A stretch of 64,000 bases of DNA, from the NCBI GenBank assembly GCA_049724395.1, contig JAUGWO010000082.1:62001-126000 (forward strand). The letters are read 5' to 3'. The stretch comes from Spongospora subterranea f. sp. subterranea (taxonomy: Eukaryota). Position 1 is the first letter of the stretch; every line of letters begins with the position of its first letter. Below the pieces are notes generated by a model, which was not told the origin of the DNA, did not search any database, and worked only from the letters and a program-made list of their open reading frames with translations. Shown piece after piece: positions 26,351 through 40,123 of the stretch. The position numbers were made by a program, and so were the translations under genes.

Positions 26351-28039
26351 CAAGTTAGAAAAGCAAAGAAACGATTGGGGCGAAAAGTGCGAACAAGAAA
26401 GCGAGGGAGGCACTTGGCTCGTCGACACGACCCTCAGAACATTGGCCTTGGGCAGTGATAACTAACAATCAATCGACACAGTACTGCTCCCTCACCTGTT
26501 CCATTCTTGACTTGAAAGTTAAGCGCAGTCAAATACGAATGGTTGATCGATCAATTGATGGAAGCGAAACCAGTCTTGCAATGAAGAATCCAGCCTCAAT
26601 CCGGCCACCGATGCTCTGCAGGCATGCGACGCAACCATTGACAAATACAGAGATTGGGCAGTAAACGATAAGCGTTGCAATAGGACATGTCAACGTCGCA
26701 TCGTGAATCTCCCATCATAGCTGTCGGCCTGCTTCGAATAGCTCCTCGACCAACTGTTCATGGCTTTTAAGATTGAACTTACAAAGTCGGCTAGATCTAG
26801 CGAACGCTTGACCTCTCTACAAAGCATTTTATTCTGAAAAGAGTCCGGATCAGCAATAATTTCTAGTAATCAATATGGTTATACTTTCCGATTCTTTTCC
26901 CATCCTCTGACAGATCCTTTTCTCAAAGCCCATATCAGTCTTTCAATTCAGCGCTGTGGCCAAGTAATCAATACCTTCTGCCGTCGTGTCGAAGTGACCC
27001 GGCAGAATGGATTGCAGACCTTGGCCGGCAACCTGCTCGGTAATTCGGTCTTGCCAGTTGCCATACAAAGGGTGCAACCATAATGGCATATCATATTTAT
27101 TGCCTAACTCTCAATAAGAATGAAAACATCATCGTGGTTGAACCCATTCATGTGCCGTTTCAATGACCCGTTCGAGTCACAATTGATTGCCGATGGCCGT
27201 TCATTTGAACCCAATGCGTTTGACGATACACTATAACGGGACTGGTGAAACGAACCACTGAATCGTCTGTGGTTATTGACTGAAACGTTGATGGGGAAGA
27301 TATCGAGATCACTGTCCATGGTCTTGACAGATATTCGTCACTGACGATCGGGTCTCTCAAGAATGCACTTGCGACTGAGGCGACTGAACACTTTCCTCTA
27401 CCAATTCACAGGGATGTAAACGAGCAAAGCTCATAGATTTTGGACTCTTCAAGGTTCCCATTTCTCGTCATCACAATTTTCTTTGAAAAGTTTTCACTTG
27501 AAACCGTTGCCTCTCCGAACTACTCGCTCGTCTAAACAAGTGAACGAGACTTCTCTTCTCAGACGATGTCCGGTTGAAGGCAATGGGTTGATTACGCAAT
27601 TGCCGTTGCACTTTTAAGAAATTGGGAACGATTGTTTCAACGATTTCGCAGGAAAAGTGACATCAATGGCAAAAATATTTGTAGGGACTTCAGCTACATT
27701 TGTTCAGCGCTTTCTCAGGTAATATCTGACCCTTTTTAATCCTATCTGACAGAAACGTTTTGCTTAGGAACTTCGGTTACGTTTGTGACGGTCGTTCAGT
27801 GCTTTGCCGGGTAACGACTGAATCTATTCTAATCAGACCTGACAGAAGCGTTTCTATATTTGGGGAAATCGGTTACTCTTGTGTAACGCTTTTCAGAAAA
27901 CATTTTGAACCCGCTATTGCAAAGAAATATTTAAAATTTCCCAATACGTTTATCTGTTCTGAAAAAATGCGATGTAGCAACTCAAGTAATGATGCATCAG
28001 CTCAAGTAATGCGATGTACCGAAAAACCAGTGATGCGAT

Positions 28040-28470
28040 GTCCCGTTTGGTCGCCCCAATGGAATATTCCTCTCTCCCTCTAGTAGGATGCGTTGCCCGT
28101 TCCCCTATAGCCATTACAGAAGGTCTTCGCCTATCTGGCAGGGTGCGTTGCCCTTTCCCATAAACGAGGTTCACGTCTGATGCAACCCAATATTGACCGC
28201 CATGGTATATATCCTTCCTCCTCCTCAGTTGACTGGATTGCCTTTCCCCTCGTTTGATTCAACCCATTACGTGATAACGAATATTCCTCTCTCCGTGATA
28301 CCTATAACCGCTTTGGAATGTTCTCCCCCCGCTGGTAGGTGCGTTGCCCGTTTTCCTCTAGTCAATAAACGAGGTCCCCGTTTGGTTCAACCCAATTTGG
28401 CACCTATAATCGCCCTGGAATATTCCGCCTCTCACCTTCAGTCGGGTGGGTTGCCCGCTCCCCTCTGAAC
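28040..28470 (+). promoter_or_regulatory. Degenerate repeated module with HSE-like and CCAAT motifs upstream of mtHsp70
   Basis: GAAnnTTC at 28061, 28278, 28315 and 28417; G(C/G)GTTGCCC four times; ATAAACGAGGT twice; CAACCCAAT twice. Confidence 0.55.
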
Positions 28471-28499
28471 CCCTCTCGATCTAACGCAGTCAGTAATAA

Positions 28500-31187
<2,688 letters not shown>

Positions 31188-31832
31188 GCATGTCTTTCGA
31201 ATTGTCGGTTTTGATTCATGAGCCAGTCATAAACTCTTCACAGCATTTTTTCTATATTCTGTCTGTGATAACGCGGACTAGTACATAGGCTATCGATTGA
31301 TCATATCTCTGTATTTCATTGCGTTCTAAGAATAAGGCGCAACCCTTTAATTCGCCATACAGTAGAGGCTAACCCATTTCACGATGACGAAATGAGTTCA
31401 TATTTGTAAAATCCTTTCTTCAAGCACGTCTTATGGAGCCACTTTGTGCCGAACTTCTCCAGGGCTTGATGTGAAAGGGGGGAATGTGCTACAAATCGAC
31501 CCCCCTGTCCTGTAACTATGGGTACTCTTTTCCGCTTTAATAAACACTACTCTTTTTTCCTCTCTCTTTTCGTCATCTCCTCTCCCTTCTTCGCTATTCC
31601 GCCCTGGTCACTGTCGACCAAACGGTTCAAAAGTATACAAAAATCCTAAGCGTAACGGCCCGAAATGGACCTACCTTTGACGAACCGGATTTTTGAAAAC
31701 GTGTCGCGATTGTGAACATAAAGATGATCTCAAACTCCGTTCGATGGACCACTCACACAAACGAGCTTGTGTATCGGTTGAAAAGTGAGACTCTGAAAAC
31801 ACCAAAAAACATGAAAGGGCAAAATAAGTTCC

Positions 31833-31904
31833 AGGAACAACTGGTATTCGAAACCAGGACCTGAGGATCTGCAATCCTCCGCTCTGCCACTGAGCTATTG
31901 CTCC
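31833..31904 (-). tRNA. tRNA-Cys (GCA)
   Basis: Exact reverse complement of the 72-nt tRNA at 32618; anticodon arm GAGGA-TTGCAGA-TCCTC. Confidence 0.96.
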
Positions 31905-32617
31905 GTTTTAATTCTTCGGAATCGTGATGTCTACACTGATGTGTATGAATGGACGGATTCAAAGCGGGTAGTTTCCGAAAGGAAAAGCGTTGTACCCACT
32001 ATTCTTCAAGTTTCGTGGTCAACCACGATGTTGCAATCACATAGGTGGATTTCATGTTCACTGCAGCCTGACCATTTTCACGAATGATTAGATTATGAGC
32101 TCTATCACGAGTCCTAGTAAACTCACACAATGGAGCAATACTAATTTCGAATTTTTTTGCCCTCACGTTGTTCCTGAAACTTATCTTGCCCTCGACTTTT
32201 TCAATGTAACCGGCGACAAGTGATCGCCTTTTTGATACTCAACAACAAGGACATCAAACATGGTCCTTCCCGAACGGGTCCCGTGTGAAATCCGAACGTA
32301 ATTTTAAAAACAAATTTTCATGGGTGAATCTCAAAAAAGGTTAGCCCTGGGTTGGGAATCCTGATTTCCTGCCTAAAATCCCCGCCAGATCTGCAAAATT
32401 GTCATGTTTCATATTGTACCCCCATTCATTCCGGTATAGCAACATTCAAAACCTGTCAGAATTAATTGGAAAGCATTTTAAACTAAAGCGCTTCTACCAC
32501 GTAAAACCAACAGTCGGACCTACTCAACCTCCATTATAACCTTCTCATCTACTCCGTAATAAATAGCCGACAACCCCTTGTCGTAACGCTATTACTCATC
32601 TGAAAATCATCTATCGT

Positions 32618-32689
32618 GGAGCAATAGCTCAGTGGCAGAGCGGAGGATTGCAGATCCTCAGGTCCTGGTTTCGAATACCAGTTGTTCCT
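32618..32689 (+). tRNA. tRNA-Cys (GCA)
   Basis: Cloverleaf with acceptor GGAGCAA/TTGTTCC, U discriminator, D arm GCTC-AGTGGCA-GAGC, anticodon GCA and T arm CTGGT-TTCGAAT-ACCAG; followed by a T-rich tract. Confidence 0.97.
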
Positions 32690-33485
32690 TTATTTTTGTC
32701 AGCCCAGCGAAGACGGAAATTATATTCCAAAATTTTCATTACGCTCATCTGCAAAATTTTTATTGCTCCTGAGCCGCCAAATTTTTCGAGGGACCACGAA
32801 GTAATTTAAGAACCTGTTTTACCACAGAATATTCAAACATCGGTTGACGAACCAGGATACAAGAGGAACACTATCGCGAATGATTGCACCTCCAGGGGAT
32901 AATGCAGGTGTCACCCCTGCGCCTGTGCCAACGATTAGAGAGATTCTGATCGTACAGACTTGAACATCTGCTCGATGTCATGCGGTAGCAAATGGCATAC
33001 CTCTCTGCAGGTATCTTTAGCATTCTGCAACATAGCAGCATCACATTATTCGTAGGTCAGCGTTCTCCCTAACTTCAGAAGTGCACCATCTCATCAACAG
33101 CGAACCAATTCTCATTTTGTGTCATTAGCGCTGTCCAAGTACCTAATTCCCGGAAAAAGAAGTCCCGGTGACGTGACTATGTTATCCATTTAAGAATCGT
33201 TTCAACTGTCAGAAAGTCAAGAGAATCTGGACACTCGTTGATATCAGCCAACAATACACGGGGGAACGTTCAACAGTAGAAAAGAAAAAGGCTGAGTTTG
33301 TCGGATATGGCGTAACTCCTTGCTAGACATAACCGTCGATTGAGGATTATTACAGAGCGTTCGGCGAAGAACGACAATGCGTCAGTCGGTAGATAATTAT
33401 TTTTTGTAATAAAAAAACCACATGCCTTCCCAATCAATAATCTGATTTGCTACGGTTCGATCAAACATCAGGACAAAAAAATATC

Positions 33486-33557
33486 AGGAACAACTGGTAT
33501 TCGAAACCAGGACCTGAGGATCTGCAATCCTCCGCTCTGCCACTGAGCTATTGCTCC
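33486..33557 (-). tRNA. tRNA-Cys (GCA)
   Basis: Third identical copy; a T6 tract lies just downstream on the minus strand. Confidence 0.96.
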
Positions 33558-33567
33558 AGGATATGAG

Positions 33568-33620
33568 TGTCAGAAGCAGGTACACGAGATTAGAGCGCAA
33601 GAGGAGTGATTGTATCAAGG
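33568..33620 (-). mobile_element. Inverted LTR 3'-end fragment of the copia family, ending ...TTCTGACA 10 bp from the tRNA 5' end
   Basis: 33580-33615 is the reverse complement of 33693-33728 (34/36). 33604-33620 matches the post-PPT sequence 36817-36833 in reverse (16/17). Confidence 0.6.
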
Positions 33621-33689
33621 CCAGCATTCCATATATTTCAACTTCATTGGTTGAATTGAAATATATTTCACCGGAACGCCACGAAGAGC

Positions 33690-36600
33690 TGAATACAATC
33701 ACTCCTCTTCCGCTCTAGTCTCGTGTACGTGTTTGTGAAATCAAGAGTCCCACCCCGACTCCGAAGGCTATGGGGAGAGGAAGAAGGGCAAACAACAACA
33801 ACGAACAGGACACCGAGACCAACGACTCGCCAAACCAACAACAACAACGACAGAGGCAATGACTACAATAACGGCAAGTATTACACTTGTCCTTCGCCTA
33901 ATTGATTGTTCACATTGCTGATGTATTACTCTGCTGGCATCAAAGTCATGCCTGCAGTTTTGTCGACCATCTTCATTCTTATCAATCTGGCTTCACAGAC
34001 GATTGATGCATCTGAACGAAGAATGTTGGCTACTTGATCCACACTTGAAGAAACAATATAGGAACAACTGTCCACCAGAGCGTTCTCCATCGAAAGTGCT
34101 TATCTCATCGATAGTGGCGCTAACGTCAAAGGGACAAATAATTTGAACTTACTTCACAATCACAGGTCAGTACAGGACCTGATCATGATCATTTGCAACA
34201 ACGGCGATATATGACCTGCCTACAGACAAGGACCACTGACTCTACAATGCAAACCACCAATTGCTATCCACAATGTATTATTTGTCCCGGGTATTACCAA
34301 GACCTTATTAGTTACGAAATCGTTTACCGCTCAAGGGGTAAGCGTAGTCATTGACGACACGCTTCGTATCAAAGATCGAGATGGAACGGTTATCGCTACG
34401 GCGCACAAGCATAATGACGTCCACTACATTGTAAGTCACATCGTTTAAAAGACAAATGCAACCATCAAATTGGAGCTAGCGCACCGAAGATTCGGCCACG
34501 CATCGAGCGAGAGACTGAAGCATTTGTAAGAATCCACTGAAAGCGTCAAGATCTCACCAAAAGGACGACAGTTCTGCGAAAGCTGTGCCTATGGAAAGCC
34601 ACGGAAGCAACCATTCCCACAGGAACGCCGGACAAAATCAAACTGGGCATTTGAAATAGTTCTTCTGTCCTCCGAGGACCATTCCTGATCCCAAGCAAGA
34701 AAGGATACAGATACTACATTACATTCGACTGCTTATACTCCACCTGGACATGGGTCAAGTTTCTGAAGCACAAGGGCGCTGACGAAGTCTTAAAGGCGAT
34801 GAAAAACTGTTCAATTGCCGGTGCACAAGCAGAGAAGAAACTTCGCCTCACCACCTTGTTAACTGACAATGGATCCATCAACAGATGAGTGCTTTCTTAC
34901 TACATAATAATATTGAACCACCAACGCCCCGGGTCTCACTGTCCTCAACAGAACGGCCAAGCTGAATGGCGTCATCAGACCGTTATGAGCATGACACGCT
35001 GCGCGATGATCGAAGCGAAAGTTGACTACAATTACTAGCCATCCGCCTACGCGTATTCAATGGGCAACCCCATATTAGTTATGGATGAACGTCAATCCTG
35101 ATGTCAAGCATTGAGACCATTCGGAGATGCTCTCTGCATATGCGCACATCGAATCCACAATGCGCGATTCACTTCAACCTACCTCACTAAAACGCTAATT
35201 TTTAGGCTACACACAATACCAGAAAGGCTACATACTGCGACCGTCCAACACCGCTGCGATCATCGTAAGACGAGACGTACAGTTACGAGACGTACAGTTT
35301 GACGAAGAAACTTATCCTGGAATTACGGCAAGAGGCGATGGATATGAATGATGAATCAGATTCATTGACCATCATCGACGATCACGGGTTCAAAATTCAT
35401 CACACTCTGACCCGACTGTCCGAACATTTCCTTGAATGCATTGACGCCGCCAGACGCTCATGAGCGCAAGGATATGGCGTTCACACAAACATAACCATAT
35501 CTGGACACTGGTCGACTGCCAACCCCACGTGAGACCGATTCAGGGGTGGATGGTTTTGACCAAGAAACAGCTCAACGACAACCACCAACCCGAAGCCAAA
35601 GCTCGATATGTTGCAGAGGGATATTCTCAAACATGTGGTATCGACTATCATGAAACCTATTCTTCGGGTAGACCATACATCAGTTCGTTGACTGATATGT
35701 CTCGCGGTCGGCAACACCTGAAAGATATACCATAGAGACTTTACCACAGCTTAGTTCAACGCACCACTAATGATCCCCATTTATGTCCAACAGTCGGAAG
35801 GGCTTTATCAAGCCTCGGGGACGCGAACAAAATGTTCATGCTTAACAAAGCCCTTCACGGCTGAAAGCTGGCCGATAGAGGTTGGCAGACATCATCGCCC
35901 TCGTTGTGTTGCGTTGTCACCGTCTCTAGCTGTGAACGAATACGATCTGTTTGATCAGCTAGCAACCATCCATCAAGGGTTGATGTGACCCTTCCCATTC
36001 CCATTGCGATTACCGCTTCCTCACTGGTTTATTCGATCTGATTTGCAACAATGGATTTCTCAATCCATGAAAGAGCTGTGTATTTTGGATAAGAAATAGG
36101 ACAAGAGAAGAACCATTATCGGAACTTACGTCGATGATTCACTATTAACAGGAAACGACAAGGCCGAGATTGACATCATTTCAACCATTATGGGCCACAA
36201 CTTTAAGATTAAAAACTTAGGTGAACTACAAAGATTTCTCGGATTACAAGCACAATATATAGACAAAAGGATCGTCCTCACACAAACGGATTACACGCTC
36301 TATATCATATCCAAATTTGGGAAGGATAATTGTAACTACAGTTACTTTTACTGCGACACAATGAAATACCTTGGGGCTAATCTTTTGGCAAATCCAGCTT
36401 GCAACAAATCAAACAACAGAATTTGAATATATTGCAGCGTCCGATGCGACGAAGGAAGCCATATGGTTACAAGATCTACTTTATGAACTTGGAAACATTG
36501 CCAAGAAACGCGCGACTTTGCATCAAGATAACCGAGGTGCAATTTTCGTTGAGAAGGGTACCTCTAACAAGTCGCGAACCAAACAGATAGACGTACGACA

Positions 36601-36835
36601 TCATCCCATTCGTGAAAGACACGGTAAGGACGGATCAATATTGTATATTGCCCAACCGAGCTCATGATTGCAGATATTCCTCACGAAACCACTCTCACTC
36701 GTCGTTCAACATCGCGCTACGTTAATGGACAAGAGATGTGCAACAGCGGAACTACCACACTGACTATTCAGCCAAGGGGCGTATTAACAACTATACGCTT
36801 CTGTGTACCAAATGTACCTTAATACAATCACTCAC
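33690..36835 (+). mobile_element. Decayed Ty1/copia LTR retrotransposon (many stops and frameshifts; most of gag missing)
   Basis: Domains in copia order: protease YLIDSGA (~34100); integrase HRRFGHAS, FCESCAYGK, GYRYYITF, LLTDNG, PQQNGQAE; RT KARYVAEGYSQTCGIDYHETY, TYVDDSLLTG, IKNLGELQRFLG; RNase H TTEFEYIA...EAIWL, QDNRGAI, RTKQIDVRHH. Purine tract AAGGGG at ~36774 precedes an LTR remnant. Confidence 0.93.
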
Positions 36836-36890
36836 GGCCCGATCGACGCTCAGATCGACGCTCAGAATTTCAGGAGCAGATGGGCGTAAA

Positions 36891-39589
36891 TTAAGTAGTT
36901 TTTAATGTGTAGAATAAGATATATGCTTGTGTACGAGCTTCATCCAAAACTCTATCCGCTTTGATGGACCTTACAGTTGAATCATCATACCTGAACAAGT
37001 ATTTAGAGGAAACCGAAGAGGAAAGGACAGGATTTACCTAGTCCATTGAGCGGATTTTGGATCGCGATAATCGTGAACATAGTGCCCATTGGATGAATGA
37101 TGGCCCAAATGCGATACAATACTGCATAATGTGTATTCCACACCTAAAAGACATTTGAAAATACAACAGGTCAACGACCGACAAACTTATCGCATTAATG
37201 ATGGAAATCGAACCTGTGTTTGGAGGATCTGAACAGTATTTGGTCATGTCGAGACTGACATCGATCGCGATCGCGTCATTGCGTTTCTTGCAAGAATTCG
37301 TCTGTGAATAGGGAAAGATGAATACGAAATGAAGGGGACGTTCAGGAATTCCCCTCACTTTATGGTCAGATTGAAATCGTTTCAGATGCAGTATTAGCAC
37401 CTCCGATATCCTGTTGATGACTGGCTTGATTATGACCTCGTTGTTTTCGCATCGCTCACATCTGATAACGGAGTTAGCACGAGTCCGTCGAATCAGACCT
37501 CAAAGCTGCTCAAACCTGTATTCGACAGAATGTTCACCAAAATACTCGGACAATAGCCGTTGCACAGCAATCTAGAAAACTTTTAAGATGATTTGGTTCA
37601 GTGGTCGAAAACTGGAAATCATGACCTGTTGACCGTCTGGTGGGTTTAGAACCCATTGGAATGGGGCAGCAGTACAAGAATTGGTGCCAGCACATGCCCA
37701 AAATGCTCTGCCGAATGTCTCAGCTTTTTTGGAAGTTTTAACAATCTGATGCCCATGGAGTTGGCATGTTGGGGTTGATAAAGGATTGGATGACGATGAG
37801 TTAGGCAGATCTAGGGAATAATTCCAGCACTCCTCAGTATTGGCCCTGCACATCGGTTGAACACAGATGATTGGCGTTGATAGTCCCGGTACCTGATGTA
37901 TTGGCACTTAGAGCATTGCAAGGTATTGGCAGTAATACTGATAAATTGACGAATTCCAGGGATGTTCAGCCTCGTCTATAGCAAAACTACCAATAAGAAC
38001 ATAGGCAATCGAAGTGCACGTTGGCGGATAGATGCGCCATCCACACCTTCAGGTTAAATTTAGAGTCATTTGGCGGTAACGCAACAATATCCACACAAAG
38101 CTGCTCGATCAGTTGTGATAGGAATTCATGCGCATCTTGCTGTGCTCGACCAGCAAATACGGGCTGGTGTTGCCCCAAACCTGAATACAGAATACAGGAT
38201 TGAATTCATCATCTAACACCGATATCACTATACTGGTTCAACTAACTTCGCCTTAACTGTCTGGTTTCAGAAGCGGCTCCATCACCAGAATCACCACTTT
38301 GCAGTAGTCGCCCGACTTTCAAAAACGTGTCTAATACAGATTGCTGTTCTGACTCCTGATCTGCCCAGAATATGAATACCGCCATAGGGATAATGATGAT
38401 GAGATACCATCGAGTTCCTCATCTAAGTCTATTGGCACGATGACTGTAGAGCGCGACTCAATGAACTTGACCAGCTCGCTCACTAACGCTGAGGACTTGT
38501 GCAACGCGCTCAAACACGAGTTCATATAACAGCTATTGCCGATATTACGCAAACCCCCTCTCGAATAATTCGACACAATGATATCTCGGGATGGAGAAAA
38601 CGGCCTGTTCGTAGATGGAGGAACATTCTCCTCATCAAAGTCATCGAAGTCCAACGCCTTTTTGACCTTAAGTCGAGTCGGAGTCCGGACCGGAGATGAT
38701 CGCTTTGCTGTCAAGCATTTTCTGGTATTATTGACGGTGCAATTGCTAGAAATGTTTTTCTTAGAAATCAGTTGTCTGCCGAGCGACAACGTAAATACCG
38801 TGATGGTGTTGACGGAGATGGCGCAATATAGCCAAAACTGGCAGGCGCAGAGTAAACCGCCGGAACAAACGATTGTGTTTTTGCCGGCTATATCACCGTC
38901 AGACGTGACCACTCAACATTGGCCGACGGGAATCTTTACCGTTAGAGTATTCGGCATCACGATACCGAACTGGCGATGGCGCTTGGGGAGAATACTTCGG
39001 GGATAAGACATGGGAGATGGGGTCGCAGCATGTGGAATTGGGACTGGTCTACGCTTGCATGGCGCCCTCTCCTTATCAGGATTGAAATCCGATGTGATTT
39101 CCTTGATCAATGCGAACAACCTCTTTGTGATTGATCGTTGTTCAATCAATGAATCTATCGCCCAAGATGATCAAATTACCTGAACGTCGTACCCGTGATT
39201 GAAATTGATTTCCAGCATTTTGTTTGATGTTTTGTATGTGAAGGACATTTTGGATGCGTACGCCTTATCGATAGGGTTTTGTGTAATCCTCCAAATACCA
39301 ACCTCGGGGTTTAACTATAACGACAATAATAAGACCCTTATATGCGTATTGTCAAGAACTTTGCTCAACACCACAACGAAAACTATGTATAATTGATGAG
39401 ATTTGACCCAACCGTTCTCTCGAACGCGAAATCCCTAGCCATAGAGGCAGGATATACGCGCAGCACCAGATCATTGTAAGATTCGTTCGAGACTCGATAG
39501 ATCCGTACTGATCCAACGTCGGACGTATTGTAGGCACCTGAAACAGCTTTCCCTTTGCAGATAATCTCCAGTATTAATACAGCCTGCAT
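36891..39589 (-). CDS. Ubiquitin-specific protease (C19), USP37-like layout, with inserted GRF-type zinc finger; 5' exons tentative
   Basis: Cys box GGLRNIGNSCYMNSCL, QQDAHEFL, fingers CSKC/CERC, LILHLKRF, His box HLGHHSSNGHY, YDDSTV, AYILFY and stop at 36891. Upstream exons (MQAVLILEIIC...) look like a beta-rich PH-like domain. Confidence 0.88.
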
Positions 39590-40123
39590 ATCGATTCCCA
39601 GTATGCAACTGCCCCCCAAGACAATTCTGCAAAATAGATTCCCCGCAGAACTGGGAAATTATGGCGCCATTTTCCTGCCGTGTCCGCCGAAGCGGCGACC
39701 CAAATGATATCATTGAAGTAAACGCTGTATATGCTTCTTAGTTTATGATATATGGCCATCTCGATCAATAAACGAGAGTACCTTTATCACGAGAAGACCA
39801 GTCGAAATTAAACGGAATGCGTTTAACGTCCTAGGGCTCCTCATGGCGTCGTTTCGGCTTGTCAAGGCACTTTCAGTTTTGCTAATTTTAATATCAGTGG
39901 TGTTTTTGTAGTGCTTCTGAGTGTAAATATCATAACGTTGGCAGCTCTAAAAAACCTACTCTCATATGCCGACCTCAAAACCACAGAAGATGATACTGCG
40001 AGTTTGATCTAATGCAGCGAATACGAAAATATGAATGGTTAAGTCTCGCTGCGTAAATGGCATTTCGTTCGGTAAATCGGTCGAAGAGCATAACAGATAC
40101 CCGGTGATATGTTCAATGATCGA

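Noticed and set aside
26400..27450. Intact minus-strand gene
   Set aside because: Protein-like fragments (LWLHPLYGNWQDRITEQ...FDTTAEGIDYLA) are broken by stops without usable splice sites. Probably a relic, and no family was recognised.
31671..33702. ORFs sharing the peptide SNSSVAERRIADPQVLVSNTSCS
   Set aside because: This is translation through the identical tRNA-Cys genes, not a protein repeat.
33690..36835. Active or domesticated retroelement
   Set aside because: Every domain has stops or frameshifts, far denser than the error rate in neighbouring genes, and no primer-binding site or intact gag is visible.
36841..36865. GATCGACGCTCA tandem duplication as a target-site duplication
   Set aside because: Both copies are adjacent on one side of the element and longer than the 5 bp typical of copia.
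38905..38920. TGA between two in-frame minus-strand ORFs as selenocysteine
   Set aside because: It lies in a poorly conserved linker with nearby GT/AG options, has no redox motif, and no SECIS was recognised. An intron is the simpler explanation.
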